From Vezdaea acicularis (lineage: Eukaryota), in NCBI GenBank assembly GCA_026025075.1, contig JAPEUI010000088.1, positions 1-64,000 on the forward strand: a DNA stretch of 64,000 nt. The letters are read 5' to 3'. Shown here piece by piece: positions 37,122-48,410 of the stretch. The position numbers and the translations under genes were made by a program. Under the pieces are notes generated by a model. The model saw nothing but the letters and a program-made list of their open reading frames with translations, made no database searches and was not told the origin of the DNA. Within the stretch, counting starts at the first letter, position 1. Each line of letters begins with the position of its first letter.

Positions 37122-37756
37122 ATGTCCGACTCCTCCTTCTCATCCGCTGGCTTCGACACGCCCTCCCAGTCTACCTCCGACTCTTCCTCTTCATACGCTG
37201 GCATCGACACGCCCTCCTTCTCCACCTCCGACTCCTCCTACATACTACCACCGCATCCCTCATCCGCTGCTGCGCAATCACACGAGTCGCACTCGGACGT
37301 CGATTCATTGCCCTCGTCTCCCACAACTTCGACTTCTAGCACCGCATCTGATTATGACGGGGACCGCAGGCATTCGGACGCCGAGAGAGAGTGGAGAGAG
37401 AGCTTGCAGCAGCTGGAGCTGCTGCTGACGATGGTGCTAGTGCCGTATTTGGGGAAGTATTTTGGGAGGAAGTGCGCTTATTGGGGTGAGTGATTATCTG
37501 ATACTTTACGTTGGTGCTTCGTTTCCCCGGGAATTGAAGAAGGAGGGCGTGTGAGAGGGCATCCACCTCTCATACGGATACCCGCAGGGGGCTTACAAGT
37601 ATTCTTCTTGTTTTGGCCTGGAACTTATACGCTGACTATTTCTCCTCGTGACCAGGCTGGGCGAAATTCATGCAATGGAAATACCCCGTCGAAGTCGTCG
37701 TCACATCCCAGGCCGCGTTCAAGGGTTCAGGGGCCGTGGCTGCCGCGACATTGTAG
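37122..37756 (+). CDS. MIM2: Mitochondrial outer-membrane import protein Mim2-like, one intron at 37486-37655
   Basis: Ser/Asp-rich N-terminus followed by SDAEREWRESLQQLELLLTMVLVPYLGKYFGRKCAYWGWAKFMQWKY. Confidence 0.7.
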
Positions 37757-38141
37757 TTCAGACAGGGAGTCCGCACAAAAAGAGGAGAGTGCCCTCAAAA
37801 AGAATAGGATGTTTATATGAAGGACTTGAAAATCAGGACATCCGGATTTGTACATATACAGCATGCAAGCATATGGCGATTAGGCGTTTACGGATATGTT
37901 GATCAATGGACTCCGGAACTTTCTCGCATTCACTGTCTAAAGTCACCTGCATGTATCTCACAGGAGCGCGTCCAATAGAAATTTCTACCCCTAGAGAGAA
38001 GAAAACACGGATATGCGACAAAAATATCTCGAGAAAAGGAAGCTTTAGCAAACTTTGAAATCGTATCCACAGCTCCATTCCTCCCATCATCATCATTCTA
38101 AGCCACACCCCTGAAATTCTCCACAGGAATTTGGAAAGAGA

Positions 38142-39594
38142 CTACCGCACGCTAGGCGTTGAGTGGGCCGACATCCACATAGCGAATGCGGACGGGTTTC
38201 TTGTCTGGATGAAGATTGTTCCCGGGCCGGTGAACTTGCAGACTAGGCCTTCGCCGGAGGCCACGCCGGAGATGATACCGCCCGCCGCGACGCGTTCCAG
38301 CACGTACTTGCAGTTCCAGGCGACCAGATGTCCGTTGTCTACGATGTATTTTTCATCTGGTTGGAGCTTTTTTGGCACAGATTAGTTAGCGTTGCGAGAC
38401 CCGCATGATTAAATGGAGATAAGGAGGAATAAAACTCACATCCTTCCTAATGATGGCCCCGAAGGATGTGACCCAAAGGATACCGGTGCCACTGATCTTA
38501 TATACGAACAGGCCCTCTCCCGAAAACATGGCCTTGCTAAACCCCTGGCTCTTGTATTCCTTGACGATGCCTTGGGTGGCCGCCAAGAAAGCGTCTTTGC
38601 CGACGCTCCACTGCTCATTGCCGTTGAGGCGGATGTTGGTGATGTCGCCAATGGCGGGGGGAGCAAGGAGCAACTCTCCAGGGCCGGTGTAGGTCGAGGT
38701 CATCATCTCGCCGCCGGCGATCAGCTTTTTCATGCTGAACTTGACAGCGCCTTTGAGACCGACGGTGGGAGACATGGCGATCATGGCGCCTGCAATTCGG
38801 TTTTAGTTCTCGAGCCTCTAGTCTGCAGCAGCAAAAGGAGAGTTGGGACATACCGGGCTTTGCGATCAAGGGCGCACCCATCGCAAGCTGCACCGTCAAG
38901 ATCGTGTTGGTGTCGCGGTGACTGATCCTGTAACTCCCACCATTGAACGTCCCCACGTCATCCTGCGTGGTTGAAGCTCCCGTGAAATGCCCAGCAGGAG
39001 GTGCGCCGCCAGGCATTTGAGCCGCGACGTTCGAGTCTAGAGGCGATGCCTCGGGCGGTGCCGCGAAGCTCTGTTGTTTTGGGGGTCCAGTTATGGGAGC
39101 GCCACCCGTCTGAGCTGGGGGCGGCTGGCCATAACCCTGGGGCCCGCCATAAGATCCGCGGCTCTCTTGCTGCGATGGCGGCGGTCGCTGTTGCTGCTGT
39201 GGGGGAGGCGTGTTCTGTGCTGGTGGCGGTGGGTAGTATGACGCGCCGCCTGGGAGGCTACCTCCTGCGCCTTGGGGAGGCGGGTAGTTATGTTGAGCTG
39301 TCACGACAGTGTCAGTCATAGAGTATCTTCAATGTAGATCGGATGACCTTACCTTGCTGTGGTGGAGGCGCAAACTGTGGTTGACCTGTAAAGGGTTTTA
39401 ATAACTATACATCTCCGGGCGAACGGCGAGGGAGTGGTTGTTGGCCTTACCTGGTGGCGGGTAGTTGTTCTTTTCCGGCGGCGCTGGACGAAGTTAGTCG
39501 CAGAGTATCATCAAATCGCAAAGTACCTACGGGGATAGTATTGACCGCCTGGCGGTGGGCTCCCTTGACCGTAACCGGGAGGTGGTGCTGACAT
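38142..39594 (-). CDS. AIM24/DUF124-family protein with a Pro/Gln/Tyr-rich N-terminus, five introns
   Basis: [57 protein letters not shown] and [21 protein letters not shown]. 5' exons are 39594-39531, 39483-39451, 39385-39353 and 39297 onward. Confidence 0.88.
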
Positions 39595-40190
39595 TATGGA
39601 GTAATTTTCGAGGTATAGATCTCTGTTCTGCTCAACCAAGGTCTTATCAGAACAGCAATCCAGGAACTTTCGTAGCAACCATACTCTGCTTACTTTCTCG
39701 GAAACCCGTACAGGCCGAACCTCTCAACACCGAGCGTCGTAGCGGGGTCCTCAGCACACCGTTTACTCGCTTCCTTCCGACTTTATCACGAACCGCCCAA
39801 AGTCAAGTTAGTCAAGCGTGATAACCTCAGCGAAGATCGCGACAACAAAGTTCGGAGTTGAAGACGTACAAAGAAAAGGAGTCGCGGAAGCTTGCAGTGG
39901 GCGACCTGGACGGGACTTATACGCGCAGCGTGACCCAATTCGTGAGCTTCCCATAATCTCGGCGGCTAAGGCAGGCCCGCGAGGGCCTGCAGCTTCGGAT
40001 TGGTTCCTTGGCGGGGGGAGGCAGTGCTAAAAAAAGGCGGGGGGCTTTTCTCGCTTGACAGGCCCGCGTATCGTATCGGCAGTTTGCGGTGCGAAGTAAG
40101 ATGTGTATCAGCGTTTTCCATCTTCCTTGAGTAAGGCTGGCCTGAAACGTCTTGTTCATTCTTCATTGCTGATATCGGCTTGCTGACTTC

Positions 40191-40322
40191 TGATGATGAG
40201 CATTTCTGCACCGTATCTGAAGGATAAAGTCTTCAATGCCTTTTTCCCTGCTATCTGGGAAAGCGCTGGAAGCCCGAGTGATGAATCGTTGGCCCTCAGC
40301 GATCGCAATAGTCTAGTCTGAG
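40191..40322 (+). ncRNA. Candidate box C/D snoRNA
   Basis: Box C ATGATGA 40193-40199, D' CTGA 40217-40220, C' GTGATGA 40278-40284 and D CTGA 40318-40321, with internal hairpins, in a non-coding gap. No target identified. Confidence 0.5.
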
Positions 40323-40519
40323 TAATCCATAGGAATAAACTCCCTGGTGGTTCTTATATCATCCACAAACATTCACACCATCGCGATTTAGAATACTGTA
40401 GGGATTCTTACTTCCTTAGACCACCTTAAAGCAACATCATGGACCCATACGTTGCAACTACGTCCAACCAACACCACTCTTCCACGCTCATCTACCCCCT
40501 TCATTACCTCCACCCCCTG

Positions 40520-41822
40520 CTATCTAAACACCACGCCCTCCCCCCTTACCCAAAACACCAACCTTCCCTTCCCCTCGACCTCCTCAAGCCCCTCCCTAAC
40601 CACCTCCGTCCAGCCATCCCCCAACCCCCCATCAACCCACGCCCCGAACCGTCCCTTCTCCACAACTTCCTGCCGCGCATCTCTATCCCTTGCTGCCTCC
40701 TCGACCATCATCTCTGGCGCAAACCGCGGCACCACACTTCTCGCAACCACCAGTCTGAGCGTAGGATAACTGGCCCACACGGCTGGGAGATGCGGCCGGA
40801 ACGAGACCGGTCTGGATTTTGATCGGGAGGGTTTGGCGGCTTGGAAAGGGAATAGGCCCCAGCTTGTGGCGAGGACGGTGCAGGAGAAGGTTTGTTGGAT
40901 GCTCTTGAGGGTGTGGACGAGGGACTGGTAGCGCTGGATGTAGGCATTGTTTTGGTTAGTGGGAGGGTCGGCAGCGGCAGTTTCGGTGGTGGTGGTTGTT
41001 GTTGTTGCGGTAGTAGGCTCGGTGAGGGTCGAGTATCGGTCTTGCCAGTAAAAGGCGCTGATGCTATCGATACACAGCGCAGAGAGGGGCCGCGCATGAG
41101 ATTGGTGCGTCCGTCCATGAAGTAGATATTCCGGCAGACTTTCCAGCGTGGCGAGTAGAGACGCCGAGGACTGCGGGCGAAAGATGTGGACGTGCTGCAG
41201 GGCCATGTGGAGGAGGCTTTCCAGCTGATCCGCCCATTTCGCCTTTGACAGGTCAGGAGAGGAGCTCTTCAGGGCGCGGTCCTTAACATAGTGCGCCATG
41301 ACTGTCTTCAGGCGGTGCACATCGAAGCGGCCGTCGGTGTCCATGACTACGACGGTAGCTTCCTTGCCATTGAGGTCGATTTCCCCGAATAAGGAGGGGA
41401 GCACCGACAGGGTTAAGATGTAGTATAGCAGATGGGTCTTCCCCGCGCAAGGCCCCATGCTCGTGATCTCTACAACCGCCTCTCTCGCATTCGCAGCCAA
41501 CGGCACCGTCGTAGGAATAGGGGGTCGATCCCGGTGCGGCGAGGAAGTCCACGTTGGGAGCGCATGGCTCGTCGTATCAACTGGTCCATGATGGAATACA
41601 TTCAACAGCCTGTCGATTTGCGGGACATGAAGTCTATCTCCGACCTGCCCATCATTCTGCACGCGTATCGCTCTGAAAAGCTGCAGTGGCGCATTAGCAA
41701 GAAGCTCTCCTCTCACTCTCCGCATAGCACACGCGGGGGAAAAAACGCAAAACCCATACCTCATCCAAACCCTCTTCCTCAACCTCCCCCAACAAGCGCG
41801 CACCCAGCGCATCCGCACTCAT
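40520..41822 (-). CDS. RAD51 paralog, XRCC2-like, one intron
   Basis: Exon 1 MSADALGARLLGEVEEEGLDE (41822-41760). Walker A-like VVEITSMGPCAGKTHLLY, VVMDTDGRFD, HVHIFRPQSS and Walker B LCIDSISAFYW. Confidence 0.82.
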
Positions 41823-41898
41823 CTCCACTGATCGCCTCGGTGCCTAACATTCCCATAACCGCCCAGCAAACCCTCCAAGACCAGACGTTTAACCTGCA

Positions 41899-42255
41899 AT
41901 GACGCCCCCCGTCGAGATCTTCCCCGCCTCCGAGCTGCCCGCGCGCGTCAATACCACGAGCAAGGGAAAACGGCGTAAAGGCGAGTCCGTCGATCTGCAC
42001 AAATGTCGGTTACTCGAGATGCTGCAATATAACTGCTATGTGAAGGACGAGAAGATCAGAGGCTCGCCGATACGATGTGAGCCGGTGGAGCGGCTGTTTC
42101 GGAGGTGCGTTTGGTTTTTCGTGGTTGTGGTGGTTTTTCGCTGTAAGGGATGCATCGCATAAATGCTGATATATGCCACTAGGTGCGCGGATGGACTGAC
42201 GGTCGAGACGACGTCGTGGGAGGGCACGACTGCTGATACGAATGGAGAGAGATGA
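41899..42255 (+). CDS. SOM1: Mitochondrial inner membrane peptidase subunit Som1, one intron at 42105-42182
   Basis: MTPPVEIF...VDLHKCRLLEMLQYNC...CEPVERLFRRCADGLTVETTSWE. Confidence 0.85.
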
Positions 42256-43062
42256 GTCTCGTAAATCGAGATCTAATCAAGGTCGCCTCGAACCCCTTCC
42301 TCACACAAACCTCCCATGTGCGGCATCTTCAGCGTCTTCCCAACCACAACGTCGCAACAGCGCTGCCTGTCGCACTCGAATAGCTCCTAGTACTGCCTAG
42401 TAATCTCGTCTCAATCATGGCTGCAGCTGAGGAGAAGGTCAATGTATAGTCTCTCGCAGTTTAAGGAGGCAAAGGCTGGCATTTGGAGAGGTGGGGTTGC
42501 TTGTGGGTTGTCACAGAACAGAAAGGAGAGATAGGGTATGGGTGGGAGAGTAAGCAGGAAGCAAAGACATGCTTAGGGACGGTATGAGGCTGGTCTAGGG
42601 TGATGAGAGGAAGGAATAGTTTGAATTATCGTGCTATGAAAGGAAAGGGGGGGAAGGCTTATATGGCACGCTATCCCGCAAGTGAAGTTTTCGGAAAGGG
42701 TTGGATTGATCATCAGGGGGTTTGTCTACTTGGGAAGCCTTGAAGCTAGATCGATTGATGGAATGAATTCGAAAGCTTGCAGATGGTACAAACACAGACC
42801 AAAGATGAACCGTTTAAAGATCACACCATCGCAACCCAGGGTAAGCAGTAGCCCGACTGTCCGTAGACAAAGTGCAGCAGCGACGGGTACATGAACTGGG
42901 GGGAGGAAAAAGGGCAGACCCAAATGAGGAGAAACAAACACGCCAGCCCGGCCTTACAGCTGTCTATCGCAGCCCGCACATAATGTTGTAAAGCAATGTC
43001 ATTTATCACTCCGCTTTTTTCTGCGATGCAACCACCATTTCCATTGTCCATCCGCTAGAGCT

Positions 43063-46027
43063 CTATCTCTTGGCGAAGCAGCTCAGAATACCCGACTTGC
43101 TTAGGAACCAAAGACAGCCGAGGAAACGAATCAGTGCGAGGACAGCTGTTGCCCATAGCAAGGCCTGGAAGAAATGGGTTGTTCGTGTGGATGCACCAGA
43201 CTAAGCAGTATTAATTAGCTAATGCTCATGAATTCATGGATGGGGTTTTACTAACCGTAAACCCGAATTTGTCAAAGTTGTCGCTTGTGATGACTACAGA
43301 CAACAACGCGTTGGAGAAGATCCAGAGGGTGACAAGCCTCGTTCTGAAGCTCTTGTACGAGTCTTCCAAAGTCTTCTTTTCCTCTTCCTTTGGCGGAATG
43401 TAGGGCTGTAGCGCTCGCTTCACTGTAATCTCAAATTGGCTGTCGATATCTGCTTGAGGCTTATCGGGTTCTTCAATCACAGCGGCTTTACCATCCTTGG
43501 ACTTGGTGGTTTGTGCAGAAGGAAGAGCATCAGCCTTGTCAGATCCCTTCGTACCCCAGGAAACGTCATGCCAATTGCTGAAGGCATAGACGTTGAGAAT
43601 GTTGATATACGAGGATTGTATCAACAGATATTGAGGGAACGAAGTGAACATGTGCCACGGGTCGAGATACAAGAAGGACGCAACGTAGTAAAGACCATAG
43701 GTAGCCGCCAACGCAATGATGATGATACCGGCACTTGCTGATGAGAAGAAAGACTGGATAAATTTTCCAGTGCCATCTTTAGTATCGAAAGCTTCGGTCT
43801 TTCCACTTGTGAAAGCTCTCACTACAAGGTAGAATGCGTCGATGATCAGGTAGAGCTGAATGATACCGAAGACCACGAATGAGACGATGTAAGAGTACCG
43901 GGATCCTTTGGGTCTGTTACCGAGGGCAAGGATGAATTGGAGCAGAACGAATGCCAAATATATGTACTTCACGACCGTATTCAAAATAGGTGTAACGGAT
44001 TTGCCAAATGGAAAGGCGGTCTCGCCGTTTTCTTTCGAAGGATTACCGACGAGATCCATGATAACCGAGGTAGTAAGCCAGAAAGCCGCTAGAGATTTTG
44101 ATTAGCAGGGTCTAGACAGGTGTTTAAGTAGAACTTACCAAGGGCGAACCAAGAGAGGATGACAGAAGCGACGTTATAGATTAATTGGATGTGGAAGAAG
44201 ATCATTCGGATAAGGTTGTGACCGCTCTTATACATCCGACCAAAGTGCATAAGAGAGTAGATGCTGGCAGCAAAAGAGCCGTTCAACCATCTTCGGCGTT
44301 GTGAGATGAATTCAGGGGCGCCCTCTGGCACATCTGTTTCGCCCTTGGACGATTTGACGTATGTCAAATGCCATTTGGATCCCGCTTTGGCAACCAATTC
44401 GAAACACAGGATACGATCTTCGGCCAAGTACATGTTCTTTTTGAAAATGTTCATGCCCTCAATGCCTTTCTTCCCTAGCCGCTTCGCAAGAGTGTGATCA
44501 CCATGGAAGTACTGTTCGAGAGGTCGTCCCATAATAGCTCGGAAACGATATGCGGAAAAGGCACCTGGCAGCACACTGACATATCCGAAAGAACTTTCCA
44601 GAGGCTTATCAAGAATGTTACTGATCTTGTACTCGAAGTTCTGAGCCGCCACCAAGGGATTGATCAGGTTCCTCCAACCTCTGCCTAGAAGGGCGTGGAT
44701 TTCACCGCAAGCTCCACCAAGGTCTTTATCGTTGTAGAAAGCTTCCCAAAGAGCCAGAAGCGACTTTGGACCGGGTTTTGTCCCAGCGTCGAGCAAAATG
44801 GCGACCTCAGGATTTAGGATACGACCAAATGCCGTGAAAAGCCATCGATGAGAGTTGATCTTCTTGGCGTTCTTCTGCTTCAAGCAAAACATCATTTGCA
44901 CGGGTGGGAGAGTGCTGGGGCTATCATCAACCGGGCGGACCAGCTTCTGAGACGACGTAACCGAGAGCTGTGTAGTGTACTCGAAGATGTGAGCTACGGT
45001 CTCCTTACCGTCGACATCCTTCTTCATAACTCCATCCTGATAGATGCCGATCGTGGCAAGAACATCTAGAGTTTCCTTGTCACAAGGGTCAATACCATCG
45101 AACACGAGGCACACCACAATCTTCTGCCAGGCCGGCCCACCCTTGTTCCAGAATTCGGTTTTCTTGATGTTGACAATGTCGCGGATATTTTGCATTACAC
45201 CATGCAGAGTACGGGCTGTGAGAACCTTGTCTTCATTGTAGTAGGTAATGGCAATCAGCAATTCGGTGTGACGGTTGTACATTGCCGGACGAAGATTGTA
45301 TCCGTTCTTCAGGGTAAAGTCATCGGGATCACAGGTTGCCGCAGTATCTATGATAGTCAGCTTGGCAATCTCAAGGTGCAGACACGTGACGTACATCGCA
45401 GGTGGGTAAACTCCTCAGTGCTGCCATCGAGATCATTTCGATATTTAGCTTGAGTAGAGTTTTGGATAGCGCTAGGTACGGGATAGTCGACACTGAGGAC
45501 CGATCCTTGAACCAGCTTGACCTTTCGAGTGCCATAAGTTCGCCCAAGGCCACCAGGGGCCTGCCTCTGGCGCCATCCTTCCGTCGAGCTCGTTTCACTC
45601 CTTTCATATGGGGAGGGGGCTCGTCCGGGTGTCCCGAAAGTAGCATTTGGATCTGCAAGTGTGTGCCCTGAGAACCCTCCCGTCGAGGTGTTGTGGGCCG
45701 GGTCATACGGGGCGCCTCGGGTGTCACCTACATACGACTCCGACAAGCTGTAGTTCGAAGCTGGCCGTACAGGAGGAGTGGCAGTTCGAGAACCCGGAGC
45801 ATCGTAGGGGTCTTGGAAAGGGCCTTGATTGGCGTGCAGAAGAGAGCGTTCGGCCTCGTCCTCTGAACCGTCATGTCGGGGGGGTATATGGTACTGTCAT
45901 GAAATAATCAACACGACCCTTGAGATACGATGGATGGCTCTTGACTTACACCACCTTGGGGGACGTCCTGCATTGGATGCTCGTCACCATACCCTCCGTG
46001 CCCACCAGGAGGGCCGTGGTAAGCCAT
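43063..46027 (-). CDS. Chitin synthase, division 1, class III-like, four introns
   Basis: [37 protein letters not shown] and [10 protein letters not shown]-terminal [21 protein letters not shown] and C-terminal CFAKR fit class III. Confidence 0.95.
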
Positions 46028-48410
46028 GGCCTTTGCGTGCCTCGCGAGCTGAGATTCAGGGATGCTGACAAGCGAAAGAAGGCTCTACAGACGGGAGGCC
46101 GAGGGCATCCAGATGCGGTACCGCGGCGAGGAGGAAGCGATAGCAGAGGGTAGAAGGAGGGAAAGAGGAAGCTGATGATGTCTGCTCAGATGGGCTGATG
46201 TCGAAGTGATAAAGGAAAGGGAGTGAGGAAGTTGGATCGGCTCAGGATCTATTTCGGGTGTTTTGGGGATTCAGCAGCTCGGCAAACACGACAAAGGGCA
46301 GGAGTCCCCTCGCCAAGCGCAGAGCGATGTTTGAGGTGAAGGAGGTGAAAGGGCGAGCGGCGCCCTCAGCCCCAACCCTTTGCCAAGAGAAGCCGCCGGT
46401 CGCTTCACTGGCGGGGGAACCGTCGACGCCAGAGGCAGCGCTCGTCGCCACACCAATCCCTTTCCAGTGCACCAATCCGGCCTCTTCCACTCCCTCCACG
46501 CCTTACGCCCTCGACGGGAGAGGTGTCCAGCAGCCTCTGGGGCTGGCAATTGCTCTCATCAGTCTGCGGTCAGCATCGTGGCTTCAACTTATGTTCGCTC
46601 TCAAATCTCTACTCACAACTCTCGTCGTCCGCGGTGAGCGGCGGTCAGCACGGCAACCACAAACCCACAACCCACAACCACAATCGGCAGCGCCCCCTCT
46701 GCTGACACCGCAACGACGGACCGGGCGATGGCTATGCGAGCAACACTGGTCGACTAAAAGCTGACGTCTCACGTGCGATTGAATGGCCTTCCGGATTGGA
46801 CTTCGAATTAAAGCTAGATTTACAAGGAACTATTTAGATACGCCATAGAAGTGTTTTATTTGCAATTGTTTGTTGCCTTTCATGCCCGCAGCGCCTTTGC
46901 TGCCGCATGATACGGGCGTCTTTGTGAAGCTTGAGATAGAGGCTGCTCAGTCAGACGCCACTATCCACCTGACCACCACAGCCATCTCTGAGCATGAGCT
47001 GTGGAGTCTCTTACTATGGAACGTAGTAAGAGCAGAAGAAAAATGTTCAGATCGTCGTGACCGAGAGAGAATTCTCTGCCTTATCAGATCGGTGAATGTA
47101 TTGCTCAAGCAGCCCGCACGTACGCGATGGCTGTTTCAGCCATATGGAAAATGGCTAAAAGCAACGTCGTTCGACGCATGGACAGCCTCCGCTCAGGGCA
47201 CAGATTCCGTAGGAAGTCGCCTCAACATTAAGGTATCGCGAGTATAGAGTAAGACATTGCCAGATACGAGTTACCCCATCCGGGACTGCTCCGGATCCTT
47301 ACCACTTCACTGTGCAGAGAGTGAAGGTTCTGTACAGTCCATAGACGCGGTTGTCGCAATGAGGACGCGGCGAAGGATTCGGAGGTGGTTCGGGCCGCCG
47401 TTGCGAAGACAACCCCGTGGTTTGCGAGGCATTTAGCAGCAGCTGGCCGCCGCAAGCCGGACGTTAAACAGCACATCTGCTCGCAATCAAAAGCCATCTC
47501 CATGTCTTGGACCATCGGGATCATCGCGATGCAGTCGAGTCGGGGAACATGGGAGATTGGAAGCCAGGAACAGGCCCTGCGCCGGACGGTGGGTCGAGAA
47601 GGATGAAGCGAGAGTCAGAAATCGTTCAGGCCACAACCTGGCGACCCTCGCCGTGAACCAATAATCCAGCCCGCAGCCGGCCCCTAGCGTTGGGCTGGCC
47701 CACCACCCGAACGAGCCGTCTCCCCTAATTGCTTGCGCTGCTGCTCGTCGTCGCTCATAGGATCTTGCCAATCCACAACCCTCCGTATTCTCTCGACGAC
47801 GATCTTGACCTTCAACTCTCCACCTACGTTCACCGTCGCCCATCATCAATTTCTTCGAAGAGCCCCGCTGCAAAGGTAGCCTTCCCCTCTGAAGACAAGG
47901 CTGACCCGGTCGCCTTTCGCGTGCTCGAATGAGAGATTCAATATCCTAAGCAGAGACCACCCAATCTCCCCTCGGTCGCAAAACACCAGAGCAGGAAAAC
48001 ACCAGCGATCCACGTCCTGCCGCGATCTGTCACTCTTTTATTACCCCGATTATTTCGCTCTACGTTTGATACGTCGCTTTCTTCAACCTATTCTCGCATT
48101 TACCAGCTTCGCCGAAGGGAAGCACGCTGCATAGTCAGCACAGTATCGGCACTACGACATCGACTACGACCTCAGCTCTTTGTCTTCTGTCATATCTAAA
48201 CACAGCATCTCATCCACAACACTCTAGATCATCGCCAACTCTTGCCATTCATTTTCATGATCTAGCGTAGCGATTGCATAGACGCCTTCTTTGCTTCATC
48301 TAGAAGTCCGTTTCAACAATCAACCTTCCGAGTTGTCCGTCCGATCGATAAGGACTCCGGAATCCCCCTCCAGTCCTACTGCCTCTTGAAGGCGCGTGGA
48401 ACCTTCAATC

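Noticed and set aside
40191..40322. Identification of the C/D candidate as U3, snR45/U13 or U5
   Set aside because: No U3 box A (AGGATCATT-like) or box B, no 18S 3'-end guides in the expected places, and GCCTTTTT is not the U5 loop.
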